Assembly: GCA_038087875.1 (NCBI GenBank)
Contig: CM075989.1
Span: 21,206,001 to 21,270,000, forward strand
Reading direction: 5' to 3'
Source: Malacoraja senta
Lineage: Eukaryota
Length of the DNA: 64,000 nt
The translations under genes were made by a program, and so were the position numbers. The notes under the pieces are model-generated. The model worked only from the letters and a program-made list of their open reading frames with translations. It did no database searches and was not told the DNA's origin. How positions within the stretch are numbered: position 1 is the stretch's first letter; every line of letters begins with the position of its first letter. Positions 11,989 to 25,031 of this stretch are shown one piece after another.

Positions 11989-12270
11989 GAGTCATAGAGT
12001 CACAGTGTGATACAGTGTTGAATCAGGCCCTTCGGCCCAACTCGCCCACACCGGCCAACAATGTCCCAGCTACACTAATCCCACCTGCCCGCGTTTGACC
12101 CATATCTCTCTAAACCTGTCCTATCCATGTACCTGTCTGCTTCTTAAATGTTGGGATAGTTAGTCCCTGCCTCAACTACCTCCTCTGGCAACTTGTTCCA
12201 TACACCCACCACCCTTTGTGTAAAAAGGTTGCCCCTAAGATTCTTATTAAATCTTATCCCCTTCACCTTA
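11989..12270 (-). mobile_element. CR1-type LINE 3' end
   Basis: LFTQRVVGVWNKLPEEVVEAG. Confidence 0.85.
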
Positions 12271-12287
12271 GCCCTTGCAAAATATGA

Positions 12288-12468
12288 AGGAAGGAACTGC
12301 AGATGCTGGTTTACACCGAAGATAGACACAAAATGCTGGAGTAACTCAGCGGGACAGGCAGCATCTCTGGAGAGAAGGAATGGGTGATGTTTCGGGTCAA
12401 GACCCTTCTTTAGACTGGAAAAGGGTCATGACCCGAAAACTTCACGCATTCCTTCTTTCCAGAGATGT
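12288..12468. mobile_element. Inverted pLTR pair
   Basis: Full minus arm plus short plus arm. Confidence 0.75.
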
Positions 12469-12689
12469 CATAAGATCATAAGATCATGTGATAGGAGCAG
12501 AATTAGGCCATTCGGCCCATTGTCTACTCCATCATTCAATCATGTCTGATCTATCTCTCCCTTTTAACTACATTCTCCCGCCTACTCCCCATAACCTCTG
12601 ACACCATACTAATCAACAAAAAACTATATTAAAAAAACGATTTTGTTCTCAGACACAGCAGTTAGATATTTGCTCAGATTTCTTATTGT

Positions 12690-12809
12690 GTTGACATGTC
12701 GCGGGGTGACACCTGTATGGCCGTGAGTCGTCGCCCAAAGAGTCGTACCCTTTTTCTGGTCGCCGCTGGATTTTCAACATGAAAAAATCGCGTATTTGGG
12801 ACGGGCCCT
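12690..12809. mobile_element. Partial MITE related to 56350-56548
   Basis: One TIR (tgggacgggccct) plus internal homology. Confidence 0.7.
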
Positions 12810-13107
12810 TTAGTGTATTCCTGAATAACAACCTTGTATTGGGTCATGTGCGTCTATCAGGGCAACAAGCTAATGTCCTCCTCCTATTTCTCCTGAAGAT
12901 TGACAAAATGCTGGAGTACCTCGGTGGGAAAACCCACGCGGTCACAGGGGGGAGGTAAAAAACTCCATACAGACAGCACCCGTAGTCAGGATCGAACACG
13001 TGACATTAATAAATCAATGCCAATAGAGGGAGAGCAAAGAGGTCTCCTCAATAAGAAACTGAGTGAATAACTATCTGTTATGTCCCAGAATAAAATAGTT
13101 TTTTTGA

Positions 13108-13497
13108 GTATAGAAGTTGGGAGGTCATGTTGCACTTGTGTAAGACATTGGTGAGACCGCATTTTGAGTATTGTGTTCAGTTCTGGAAACATGTTACAGG
13201 AAAGATATTGTCAAGCTTGAAAGGGTTCAGAGAAGATTTGGTGTGAGAACTGGAGAGTCTGAGCTATAGGGAGAGGTTGAGCAGGCTGGTTCTCTATTCC
13301 TTGGAGCGCAGGAGGATGAGGAGTGATCTTATAGAGGTGTATAAAATCATGAGAGGAATAGATCATGTAGGTACACAGAATCTCTTGCTCAGAGTAGGGG
13401 AATCGAGGACCAGAGGACATAGGATCAAGGTGAAGGAGAAAAGATTTAATAGGAACCTGAGGGGTAACTTTTTCACAGAATGGGTGGTGGGTGTATG
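13108..13497 (+). mobile_element. CR1-type LINE fragment
   Basis: LVRPHFEYCVQFW...LYSLERRRMRSDLIEVYKIM. Confidence 0.88.
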
Positions 13498-13538
13498 ATT
13501 CAATGACAATGGAATAGTAAGAAGAGTGATTTACTTGT

Positions 13539-13672
13539 AGGTCTGAAGAAGGGTCCCTACCCCAAATGTCACCCATCCTTTTTCTCCAGAGATGCTGCCT
13601 GACCCGTTGAGTTACTCCGGCATTTTGTGTCTATCTTTGGAATAAATCGGCATCTGCAGTTCCTTCCTACAC
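13539..13672 (+). mobile_element. Penelope solo pLTR
   Basis: ctgaagaaggg...agagatgctgcctgacccgttgagttactcc...gcatctgcagttccttcc. Confidence 0.8.
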
Positions 13673-13700
13673 AATAGGAAAAAGGCATTGGAGGAAAATG

Positions 13701-14956
13701 GAATAAGGCGTCTGCATTGATGCTACCTCCTGAATCCATGCAGAACTCACCGACTTCATCAACTTCACCACTAATTTGCTTCCGGCACTCAAATTCACCT
13801 GGACCATCTCCGACATCTCCCTACCGTTTCTAGATCTCACCGTCTCCATCACAGGAGACAGACTATCGACCAACATCTACTACAAACCTACTGACTCCCA
13901 TAGCAATCTGGACTACAATTCTTGCTTCCTGTAAAGACTCTATCCCCTACTCCCAATTCCTCCGTCTACGCCGCATCTGCGCCCAGGATGAGGTGTTCCA
14001 CACCCGGGCATCGGAGATGTCCTCATTCTTTAGGGAACGGGGGTTCCCCTCTTCTATTATAGATGAGGCTCTCACTAGGGTCTCCTCAATCTCCCGCAGC
14101 TCCGCTCTTACTCCCCCTCCCCCTATTCGTAACAAGGACAGAATTCCCCTTGCCCTCACCTTCCACCCCATCAGCCGTCGCATACAGCATGTAATCCTCC
14201 AACATTTTCACCACCTCCAATGGGATCCCACTACTGGCCACATCTTCCGATCTCCACCCCTTTCAGCTTTCTGCAGAGACTGTTCCCTTCGAAACTCCCT
14301 GGTCAACTCATCCCTTCCCACCCAAACCACCCCCTCCCCGGGTACTTCCCCCTGCAACCACAGGAGATGCAACACCTGTCCCTTTACCTCCCCCCTCGAC
14401 TCCATCCAAGGACCCAAGCAGTCTTTCCAGGTGAGGCAGAGGTTCACTTGCACCTTCTCCAACCTCATCTATTGTACCCGCTGTTCCAGGTGTCAACTTC
14501 TCTCTACATCGACGAGACCAAGCGCAGGCTCGGCGATCGTTTCGCTGAACACCTCCGCTCAATCCGTCTTAACCTACCTGATCTCCCGGTGGCCCAGCAC
14601 TTCAACTCCCCCTCCCATTCCCAATCCGACCTTTCTATCCTGGGCCTCCTCCATTGTCAGAGTGAGGCCCAGCGCAAATTGGAGGAACAGCACCTCATAT
14701 TTCGCCTAGGTAGCTTACACCCAGTGGTATGAACCTTGACTTCTCTAACTTCAGATAGCCTTTGCTTTCCCTCTCCATCCCCTCCCCCTTCCCAGTTCTC
14801 CCACCAGTCCAACTGTCTCCGCCTACATTCTATCTTTGTCCCGCCCCCTCCCCTGACATCAGTCTGAGGAAGGATCTTGACCTGAAACATCACCCATTCC
14901 TTTTCTCCAGAGATGCTGCTTGACCCGCTGAGTTACTCCAGCATTTTGTGTCTACC
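13701..14956 (+). mobile_element. Penelope-like retroelement (probably Neptune-type), 5'-truncated, with 3' pLTR
   Basis: RT C-terminus (LPFLDL, YYKPTD, IPYSQFLRLRRIC), Cys linker CNHRRCNTC, GIY-YIG region (LIYC...LYIDETKRRLGDRFAEH); candidate TSD ttggaggaaaatg at 13688-13700 and 14957-14969. Confidence 0.92.
13712..14758 (+). pseudogene. Frameshifted Penelope RT C-terminus / GIY-YIG endonuclease ORF remnant
   Basis: ORFs 13993-14709 and 14220-14732 each carry part of the protein; ends MNLDFSNFR-stop. Confidence 0.9.
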
Positions 14957-15201
14957 TTGGAGGAAAATGTAGTGGCCGACATTGTGAAAAGCTACGAAAG
15001 GTTTAAGGCAAATGTTGCTGGACACTACATCATGAAGAATTAACAATCCTTCCCTGATGTCTGCAACCTCTAAACATCCAGAGATCATTGCCAAGGCTGT
15101 GAGGTTTGTCAGCCGCTGTAGTCCTTGCAGCGAGCCTGTCATACAGCGGAACGTGCATCTAATAAAAGTGCATCCACTGGCTTTTTGCATCGTTTCTTTT
15201 A

Positions 15202-15434
15202 AGGGCCTGCGCCAATTGACAATTTTTTTGGCGACTGCCAGCATCAGTGACTGACGTATCAGATCACTGAAAAATTTGCGGCGTGATACTGCGTGACGCG
15301 GCGTGGTGACGTGTTTTTTCAAGTGTCGCAACATTTTTGTTGTCGCTGCTGGATTTTGAAATGTTCAAAATCTTTTGGCGACACTGATATGACGCCGGCA
15401 GTCGCCGAAAAAATCGCCAAGTGGGACAGGCCCT
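15202..15434. mobile_element. MITE (agggcctgtcccactt TIR group)
   Basis: Terminal agggcctg / aagtgggacaggccct; TWA flanks. Confidence 0.8.
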
Positions 15435-15616
15435 TAAGGCCGTCTAGAATTCAGTTAGAGCTTGATAAACTGTTTGGTAACCTCTTCAGTGACTTCATTA
15501 GCATAATGCCAAAGGCTTTATCATTGTTGCATCCAAATAAAGAGAGATGTATTGCTAATGTCCTTGTTATAACATGTTGGAAAACAAATTGTATATATAC
15601 AAACACACCTACACAT

Positions 15617-15744
<128 letters not shown>

Positions 15745-15961
15745 TCACATATATGTATACACTCTTCTTCAGACCTAAAGAACCTCCAGCCTGAAGAAAG
15801 GTCTCAACCCGTTCCTCCTCTCCAGAGATGCTGCCTGTCCCGCTGAGTTACCCCAGCATTTTGTGTCCACCTTCAATTTAAACCAGCATCTGCAGTTCAT
15901 TCCTACCTATATAGGAAAGAACCAGCATCTGCAGTTCTTTCCTACCTATATAGGAATATTC

Positions 15962-16230
15962 TTTCCAACCGCGCCTTTGTGGTTGCAGCCCCTAGACTGT
16001 GTAACAGCATCCCCTTTCCCATCAGAACCGCCCCCTCCATCGACTCTTTTAAGTCAAGACTAAAGACTTATCTATAGTCCCAAGCCTTTCCTGACGTCCT
16101 CTGAGTGAGGGCTACATGTATATATGTATGTAGTTTGTTTGTTTATACTATTCTTATAACAAATGTAAAGCACTTTGGCCAACGAGAGTTGTTTTTTAAA
16201 TGTGCTATATAAATAAATGTGACTTGACGA
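15962..16230 (+). mobile_element. L2-clade LINE 3' end
   Basis: RAFVVAAPRLCNSIPFPIRTAPSIDSFKSRLKTYL; tail gtaaagcactttgg...gtgctatataaataaa. Confidence 0.8.
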
Positions 16231-17598
16231 CTATATACTCATATATATGAGTGTGTAAATACATATACAGACTTACTTATACACACACACACACATATTT
16301 ATATATACAGTATATATGTGTATTATATATGTATACACACATGTACACATGCATATATATACACACGTATTTCTATGAGTGTAAGTATGTGTGTATATAT
16401 ATATACTTATACACATGCATATACTCATAGAGGTGTAAGTATATCCCTCCAAGCTGATCCCTGAAAGATTAGGTTCGGTTGATTGAGTAATCCATTGATA
16501 TGATTGAGATACAAAGCAAAACAAAGGGCTGGATTTACAAAGGCGATTCTTACAGCCTCATGAGGGCAAGTCGATTCAAATGCACTTGTAATTGATCTGG
16601 ATGTGTTTGATGATCACAGAATCAGTTTTATTCACTATTAGTGAATTCTCTTAGTACCATTAACGCACACCTTACGCAATTGATAATCTTGCACAACACC
16701 ATATCTTACGGAATGAAATTAAAGGAAAATAATATAATATGGATATTTAGTTTTCTAAACAGAGGTTAATTTGATTTGAGCTCGTTCTGCTTTAGCCTCC
16801 GGGGTATGTAATGGTCATTGGTTGCAGTGAACACTCGCCCGGCAATCCTTATACTAATTGGACAGTAATGTATAGCGTTGGTCAGCAAATATCTCCTTAT
16901 GCAGCTTTCTTCTGAGAGTAATCAACACACTTTAGAAGACACATAGGCCTCAGAGACCTGAAACAACCTTGGTGGTGCTAGCCTTTTAGTGGAGAGGACA
17001 GCTAATTTACAGCAGACAGTACTTAAGTGCAGCTGTACATTGCTGAAGTCTCCATTTAAAGACCCCCTAAATCATTAAGGCAGTGACTTGAATATTTAAG
17101 TACACGTTCGCCAAAATAATTTATTTGTGCATAAAATACAATTGCATGCTTCCTCTTGGCTTCATTTATATAATTCAATAAGTACAGTTGCAGCCTTTTG
17201 GCCATGGTTTGATTGGAACCTCTTGGTGACTGAAAACAAGAAATACGAGGAAATCTTATACATCTTAAGCAGATTAGTTTGGATTTGATTTGTATGAATG
17301 ACTGATTACAACCGAGGACAGCATGATAGGGGTTTAACGGCGAGTCAGCTGAGTGTCTGTTAATCAATATATTGCTGTAGTCAACTAACATTTTCATAGA
17401 TAATTAAAAGGGAGAATAATTGTAAGGGCTTACCTTGCCTAATCAATTCTGTTTCTCAGGCCTTTCTTTGTTTGGCGGTTCAATTCTCTTTTCCAATTCA
17501 CTCCTGCAATTGGAAGCTTGCAATAAGATTAGCTGTGTTGAACAACCACCCAGATTGCAGGGATTATGGGCCAGTGGTGGGGCTAGTGTAGCTAGGAC

Positions 17599-17730
17599 AT
17601 GTGTAGGAAGGAACTGCAGATGCTGGTTTACACCGAAGATAGACACTAAATGGTGGAGTAGCCCAGCGGGTCAGGCAGCATCCCTGGATTGAAGGAATGG
17701 GTGACGTTTCGTGTCGAGACCCTTCTTCAG
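17599..17730 (-). mobile_element. Penelope solo pLTR
   Basis: gtaggaaggaactgcagatgctgg...gacccttcttcag. Confidence 0.8.
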
Positions 17731-18063
17731 GAACGTTGGGCGGTATGGGCAAGTTGGGTCGAAGGGCCTGTTTCCACGTTGTATGACTCTATGACTCTAA
17801 AAGTCTGCAATAAACCATAACATAGGCAGATGGCACGTTGCAATGTATCATGCAATGTCATCAGTCTAACCCATAATCTAGGTTACATATTCAAAGAAGT
17901 AATAGGTGAGTTTTGTACATTGCAATTTTTTAGGTTGAGTATTGAATGTATACACCAATTTTGAAGAAGGGTTCCGACCCAAAATGCCTCCCATCCTTTT
18001 TCTCCAGGGATGCTGCTATTTCCCGTTGAGTTACTTAAGCACTTTTTTCTGTATCTTCGGTAT

Positions 18064-18390
18064 GGGTGATCACGGTGGAGCAGCGGTAGAGTTGCTGCCT
18101 TACAGCGAATGCAGCGCCGGAGACCCGGGTTCGATCCTGACTACGGGTGCTGTCTGTACGGAGTTTATACGTTCTCCCCGTGACCTGCGTGGGTTTTCTC
18201 CGAGATCTTCGGTTTCCTCCCACACTCCAAAGACGTACAGGTTTGTAGGTTAATTGGCTTGGTAAATGTAAAAAATTGTCCCTTGTGTGTGTAGGCTAGT
18301 GTTAATGTGTGGGGATCGCTGGTCGGCACGGACCCGGTGGGCCGAAGAGACTGTTTCCGCGCTGTATCTCTAAACTAAACTAAACTAAAC
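18064..18390 (+). mobile_element. HE1-type V-SINE
   Basis: Full length. Confidence 0.92.
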
Positions 18391-18493
18391 CAGAATCTGC
18401 AGTTCCTTTCTATAGACCAATTCGCAGATGTATAATTTGTATTTTAGCTTGAAATAATAGCAATGTTGTTTGTACATAAATCTGCATTAATGA

Positions 18494-18728
18494 CAATAGA
18501 CAATAAACAATAGGTGCAGGAGCAGGCCATTCGCCCCTTCGAGCCAGCACCGCCATACAGTGATCATGGCTGATCATTCCCAATCAGTACCTCGTTCCTG
18601 CCTTCTCCCCATATCACCTGACTCCGCTATCTTTAAGAGCCCTATCTAGCTCTCTCTTGAAAGCATCCAGAGAACCGGCCACCACTGCCTTCTGAAGCAG
18701 AGAATTCCACAGACTCACAACTCTCTGT
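18494..18728 (-). mobile_element. CR1-type LINE 3' end
   Basis: Homology to 61200-61419. Confidence 0.85.
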
Positions 18729-18819
18729 TTTTTCACACAGAAGAGATTAATGGAGCTCTCACATTCTCTTATTCATTGAAGCTTTCTCATTAGGAGAGTC
18801 AGCCACACTATTGATATTT

Positions 18820-18920
18820 TGAAGATCGACACAAAAAGCCTGAGTAACTCAGCGGGTCAGGCAGCATCTCTGGAGAAAAGGAATGGGTGACGTTTCAGTT
18901 CGAGACCCTTCTTCAGACTG
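18820..18920 (-). mobile_element. Penelope solo pLTR
   Basis: Same consensus as other pLTRs. Confidence 0.75.
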
Positions 18921-19275
18921 GTATGAAACTGGAATGTCATGGATAAGTTGAAGTTTTAGTTTTAGGGTTAATGTTACTTTAGTTTAGGTCAGTTTAGTTT
19001 ATTGTCACGTCTACTGAGGTACAGTGAAAAGCTTTTGTTGTGTGCTAACCAGTCAGTGGAAAGACAATACATGATTACAACCGAACCATCCACAGTGTGT
19101 AGATATATGATAAGAGAATAACATTTGGTGTAAGAAGATTGGAAGGAAGATTGGGATTGTGAACATTAAGTGCAGTTTGGACAGAAGAGATTTGAGTTCA
19201 AACTGGTTCTTAACTCATCCTTGGTCATCCTTGATCTGGGCTGTGCCTTCATAACTCTGAAGAAATAGTATAGAA

Positions 19276-19588
19276 GGCCGCACGGTGGCGCAGCGGTAGA
19301 GTTGCTGCCTCACAGCGCCAGAGACCCGGGTTCCATCCTGACTACGGGTGCTGTCTGTACGGAGTTTGTACGTTCTCTCCGTGACCTGCGTGGGTTTTCT
19401 CCGGGTGCTCTGGTTTCCTCCCACACTCCAAAGACGTACAGGTTTGAAGATTAATTAGCTTGGTGTGAGTGTAAATTATCCCTGGATAATGTTAGTGTGC
19501 GGGGATCGCTGGTCGGCGCCTACTCGGTGTGGGCCGAAGGGCCTGTTTCCTTGCTGTATCTCTCAACTAAACTAAAACTAAACTAAAC
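19276..19588 (+). mobile_element. HE1-type V-SINE
   Basis: Full length; A box tggcgcagcgg. Confidence 0.92.
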
Positions 19589-19966
19589 GGGCTGGTGGTT
19601 TCTCGTTCAGAACGATGCAAAATATGTTATTTCCAGTGAGAGTGGAAAATGAGCCGCATGCAACAGGTGCATTGGTTTGACACCGGAGACGGAAAATGTA
19701 TGCAGCAACGCATGGGATGCATCTTATAATTGCAGTGACCCCGAGTCACCAGCTGGGATAAGCATGCTTCTATTTGACAACACTATGAGCATCGGAGAGC
19801 CTGCACATAAATCTGGTTTGAAAGAGGCTTCCCAGCTGTCAATGAGCAGAAGGCCATGGTTATATGTGTGTATCTCATAAACCTATTTATGTTGTAACAC
19901 AAGTCTTCTTCTATATGCTAAGAGCTTTGGGAGATGATTATGGTGGCTACAGATTTTGATCTATAA

Positions 19967-20166
19967 NNNNNNNNNNNNNNNNNNNNNNNNNNNNNNNNNN
20001 NNNNNNNNNNNNNNNNNNNNNNNNNNNNNNNNNNNNNNNNNNNNNNNNNNNNNNNNNNNNNNNNNNNNNNNNNNNNNNNNNNNNNNNNNNNNNNNNNNNN
20101 NNNNNNNNNNNNNNNNNNNNNNNNNNNNNNNNNNNNNNNNNNNNNNNNNNNNNNNNNNNNNNNNNN
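19967..20166. other. Assembly gap (200 N)
   Basis: Run of n characters. Confidence 1.
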
Positions 20167-20269
20167 CCTCACGACCATGAAGGCGACTGCCCGGTAACCA
20201 CCCGTGAACATGTGGCGACCATGTGGCGACCGCAGAGTCTCCTGCAGTAGCCTAAGTGGGACTGGCCCA
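20167..20269. mobile_element. Partial MITE at the gap edge
   Basis: Ends taagtgggactggccc. Confidence 0.6.
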
Positions 20270-20414
20270 TAAGCCATTATTACTTACCGGTTTGGAGGAG
20301 CTCTGCTCGCTCCAAACACCGGCACTTCGCTATGCGTCTGACGATATGACGCGTGTGCGGCTGGACGGGCTCTTCTTCACGTAGTCACTCACGTGACTCC
20401 GAAGTAAAATTACA

Positions 20415-20635
20415 GATTCTATGGAATTGTCTGCCTCAGAAGGCAGAGGAGGCCAATTCGTTGGATGTTTTCAAGAGAGAGTTAGATTTAGCTCTAAGGG
20501 CTAAGGAAATCAAGGGCTATTTGGAAAAAGCAGGAACGGGGAACTGATTCTAGATGGTCAGCCATGATCATATTGAATGGCGGTGCTGGCTCGAAGAGCC
20601 AAATGGCCTCCTCCTGCACCTGTTTTCTATGTTTC
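20415..20635 (+). mobile_element. CR1-type LINE 3' end
   Basis: LWNCLPQKAEEANSLDVFKRELD. Confidence 0.85.
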
Positions 20636-21207
20636 AATGGAAGGAAAGGGTACATTCACCTGGACATTGTGTACAGGTATTTTGTGGGGGGTTTTGTGCA
20701 GATTTCCCCCCCTTTTTCAGGTTAATTCGAGCATCTTGAGATCAAGGGATTCACACTTGGATTTGTCGGTCACCGTGTTCGCATGGCGATCGAGGATCGG
20801 CGCAGTATAGCGAGCAAGTCAAAATGTAGATCCGACCACTTATGGGAAAAATCGGGATCCATAAAGGTTTCATGTACTTTGTGTGAAATTCTGCATGCCG
20901 ATAGGTGTCAGAGGTGATTGGAGTTTAGGAACTGCAGTGGATGAAAGAATTTCGGTTAAAACAGTCACTACAAAGTGTACCAGACTATTTGATACCATCC
21001 CAGGCATCTGAGACAATGCAAGAATACCTGGGATACTGGGAGCTCCGGGGAAAATATTCTCAAGGTACATATTGAAGAGTTGAAGCAAATATAAGGTAGA
21101 AGGTAATGTTAGAATTAAAAGGTAAGGAAGAAAATATTCTGAATGGTGGAAGATCAAAACAGGGACTGCTGCAAAAGCTCAGCAGGTTTAATTAAATTAA
21201 GATGTTA

Positions 21208-21445
21208 AGTTTAGAGATACAGCATGGAAACAGGCCCTTCAGCCCACCGAGTCCATGCAGACCACAATCGCACTATCACTATCCTACACACTAGGGACAA
21301 TTTACAGAAGCCAATTAAACTGCAAACATGCACATCCTTGGAATGTGGGAGGAAACTGGAGCACTGTGATCCTGACTATGGGTGCTGTCTGTAGGGAGTT
21401 TGTACTTTCTCCCCGTGACCTGCGTGGGTTTTCTCTGGGTGAGAA
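21208..21445. mobile_element. Rearranged HE1 fragments (minus then plus)
   Basis: Consensus match. Confidence 0.75.
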
Positions 21446-21493
21446 CCAGGGAAGAAAGCACCCCAATGATTCTTCCGAGGTAAGTTTACTTCA

Positions 21494-21779
21494 ATTTAGT
21501 ACAGTGCAACAACGTGGAAACAAGCCCTTCAGCCCACCAAGTTGTCGTCGACCAGCGATCACCCATACTACCCTAGTTCTATCCCACACACACAGTGGGG
21601 ACAGTTCACAAGAGCCAATTAACCTCCAAACTTACACATCTTTGGAATGTGGTAGGAAACCCAGAGAAAACCCATGCAGTCACGGGGAGAACGTACAAAC
21701 TCCGTACAGACAGCACCCGTAGTCGGGATCGAACCCGGGTCTCTGGCGCAGTGAGGCAGCAACTCTACCGCTGCACCAT
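21494..21779 (-). mobile_element. HE1-type V-SINE
   Basis: Consensus match. Confidence 0.85.
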
Positions 21780-22142
21780 CATAAACTTAATCAATTTGGC
21801 AAGCTTTCTATGTTCCCCTGATTGGGCATTAAGGCTAAAAGAGGCACCTGATTAGAGAACCAAATGTGGATGAAGTCCAATTTCCAGGCAACAATCTGTT
21901 AAACAGCTTTCTCAGACTTCTTAATTGTGTTTGGTTCTCTAGTGTTGTTGCTATTTTTTGATCTGACTAATGTATGACATTCTGACTCAACTCACTGAGC
22001 AGCATAGACGGGAAATCAGCTCAGTGACGGGGATCAGGGAGGAGGCGTGAAAGGATGTCTTGGATGGGTCTGAAATGCAGAGTGGAGTTCCCCAGGGGTT
22101 GGTCCTTCAGACCTTGCTTTTTCTAAATGAAGTAGTGTGTCA

Positions 22143-22360
22143 AGGGCCTGTCCCACTTGCCGATTTTTTTCGGCAACTGCCGGCTTCATATCAGTGCCGC
22201 CAAAAGATTTTGAACATTTCAAAATCCAGCGGCGACAAAAATAATGTTGCGACACTTGAAAAAACATACGTCACCACCCCGCATCACGGCGCAAATTTTT
22301 CGGTGACCTGATATGTCAGTCAATGATGCTGGCAGTCGCCGAAAAAATTGCCAAGTGGGT
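22143..22360. mobile_element. MITE, inverted relative of 15202-15434
   Basis: agggcctgtcccacttgccg...ttgccaagtggg; right end decayed. Confidence 0.8.
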
Positions 22361-22574
22361 CCTGTACAAGCTGCAATTTAGTAAGAAGATCTGAACAGGG
22401 TAGTTAGTTTAGTTTAGTTTAGTTTAGTTTAGTTTAGTTTAGAGATACAGCACAAAAACAAGCCCTTTGGCGTATTTATGTCTCGTCTTTCCGCTGACTG
22501 GTTGGCACGCGACAAAAAGCTTTTCACTCCATTTCAGTATCCGTGACAATAAACTAAACTAAACTAATCTAAAC

Positions 22575-22896
22575 AGCACGGTGGCGCAGCGGTAGAGTTG
22601 CTACCTTACAGCACCAGAGCCCTGGGTTCGATCCCGACTACGGGTGCTGTCTGTACGGAGTTTGTACGTTCCCCCCGTGACCTGCGTGGGATTTATCCGA
22701 GATTTTCGGTTTCCTCCCACACTCAGGTTTGCAGGTTCACTGGCTTGGTATAAATGTAAATTGTCCTTCGTTGTTCCTAATGTGTGGAGCATACTGTTAA
22801 TATGCGGGGATTGCTGGCCGGCACGGACTCGGTGGGCCGAAGGGCCTGTTTTCGTGCCGCATCTCTAAACTATCTCTAAACAAAACTAAACTAAAC
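22575..22896 (+). mobile_element. HE1-type V-SINE
   Basis: Full length. Confidence 0.9.
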
Positions 22897-23308
22897 ATTG
22901 CCGTTACAATCCAACAAATTTGGAAAATTCTCTTCGACCTCGGGATCTTCCGCCGCCCCGCGGTCAAATTGCTGCGTCGAGGCGGTCGAGGATTCCGATG
23001 TTGAAGCCCCCGCCGGGCGATGAAAGGCCCCGCGAACGGGCTGATTGAAGCCCCATGATTCGGGGCGGACGAAGCTGCTGTTGCTGGAGTTTGGAGTCGG
23101 TCACCAACCAGGTCAGCTCCCGATGTTAACGTCCACGGGGCGCACGGCTGAAGCCTCCAAAGCCTCGCACACGTGCGTGTGAGTGTGTGTGCATGCGCGC
23201 GGCGCTAAGAAACTGTGTCCCCCCCATGTTTTGATAGCGATTTCCGCCCCCTGCTCCAATCATCATATACAGATTATACATTACTTGTAACAAGGATGTA
23301 TAGAGACA

Positions 23309-23528
23309 CAGTGTAGAAAGGAACTGCAGATGCTGGTTTATACTGAAGATGGACAGAAAGTGCAAGAGTAACTCAGCGGGTCAGGCAGCATCTCAGTAGA
23401 AAAATATATGGGTGACGTTTCAGGTTGGGTCGGGTCTGAAGAAGGGTCTTGACCCGAAAGGTCACCCATCCTTTTTCTCCAGATATGCTGCCTGGTTATT
23501 GAGTTACTCCTGCACTTTGTGTCCATCT
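23309..23528. mobile_element. Inverted pLTR pair
   Basis: Arms meet at the hammerhead region. Confidence 0.75.
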
Positions 23529-24184
23529 GCAAATAGACACACTTGTTTGTCTTTCTAATTTTGTTCATTATAGAGTCCCTGTGCCTGCATGTACTTCATA
23601 GTGGGTGAACCACAATCGACATATGTTCTTAAGTCACACCTATGATAATATCATTATGTTGCACACTCCTATTACAAAACATTCCGCGTTAATGAGATTA
23701 GGGGGCAGGCACACTGATTAACTGGATGCCTGAGTCCAATACTCAAGAATCTCGCTGTTAAATGTCATATATTTTGGAACCATAAAGAGAGCTCTTTGTT
23801 GGTCTCGTTTAGAGTTCAACAAGTTTCTTAAATCAAAGCCTAATGTCTACTACATCAATAAAAATTCTCATGCAAAGCAGCCCTTTAAATGCCTGGCTCA
23901 TTTGCCTGCCATGCTTATTTCCATTTAGTATGTAAAGCTGCACATTTTCTTGAACTGTGCCTATAAAAACTGAGCCTGAAGACGGGCCCTGACCCCAAAT
24001 GTCAAAAATTGTAAATTGTCCCGAGTGTGTCGTTTCGTGCTTGTGCATGGGGTGGTCGTTGGTCAGCGCGGACTCGGTGGGACAAATACCCTGTTTCCAC
24101 GTTGTATCTCTAAAGTCACTTAGACAAATACTGTCAAGCTGATATTATTTTGCCTCGGTGACACTATTTGTTCCTGACTTTGTT

Positions 24185-24590
24185 AGTGAGTTTGTTTAAT
24201 TTATTGTCACACGTACCGAGGTATCGAGGTTTTATTGCGTGCTAACCGGCCAGCGGAAAGACAAGACATGATTACAATCGAGCCATTCACAGTGTACAGA
24301 TACATGATAAAGGAATAACGTGAATAATGTTTAGTGCAAGGTAAAGCCAGTAAAGTCCGATCAAAGATAGTCCGAGGGTCTCCAATGAGGTAGATAGCAG
24401 TTCAGGACCGCTCTCTAGTTGTTGGTGGGATGGTTCAGTTGCCTGATAACAGCTGGGCAGAAACTGTCCCTGAATCTGGAGGCGTGTGTTTACAGAATTC
24501 TGTACCTCTTGCCCGATGGGAGAGTGGAGAAGAGGGAGTGGCCGGGGTGCGACTCGTCCTTGATTACGCTGCTGGCCTTGCCAAACCTGA
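24185..24590 (-). mobile_element. Rex1/Babar-type 3' fragment
   Basis: SHPGHSLFSTLPSGKRYR-type remnant on the minus strand plus 3' UTR. Confidence 0.82.
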
Positions 24591-24713
24591 TCACTGTATG
24601 CTACTCGTAGTAACTTAGTCATCAGCCACCAGGCTGTTCCCCCATCCCTGTCAATGAAGCTGGAGATCAACAACAGAATTTGCTTTCACTATCTCACTTC
24701 TCATCCTATTTTT

Positions 24714-25031
24714 ACTTTAGTTTAGTTTTAGAGATACAGCATGGAAACGGGCCCTTCGGCCCACCGAGTCCGCACCGACCAGCGATCCCCGCACATCAAC
24801 ACTACCCTGCACACACCAGGGACAATTCTACATTTATACCAAGCCGATTGACCTACAAACCTGTACGTCTTTGGAGTGTGGGAGGAAACTGGAGCACCCG
24901 GAGAAAACCCACGCAGGTCACAGGGGGAACGTGCAAACTCCGTTCAGACAAGCACCTGTGTAGTCAGGATCGAACCCGGGTCTCTGGCACTGTGAGGCAG
25001 CAACTCTACCGCTGCGCCACTGTGCTGCCCA
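24714..25031 (-). mobile_element. HE1-type V-SINE
   Basis: Full length. Confidence 0.92.

Noticed and set aside
13993..14709. Longest ORF (238 aa) as a functional gene
   Set aside because: It is a truncated, frameshifted Penelope polyprotein fragment
19276..19345. tRNA genes
   Set aside because: The A/B-box regions are SINE heads that run straight into the V-domain; I could not build a complete cloverleaf
19918..20277. ORFs spanning poly-X
   Set aside because: Artefact of the N gap
20276..20411. Possible small TIR element (ttactt...aagtaa ends)
   Set aside because: The inverted match is too short and there is no clear TSD
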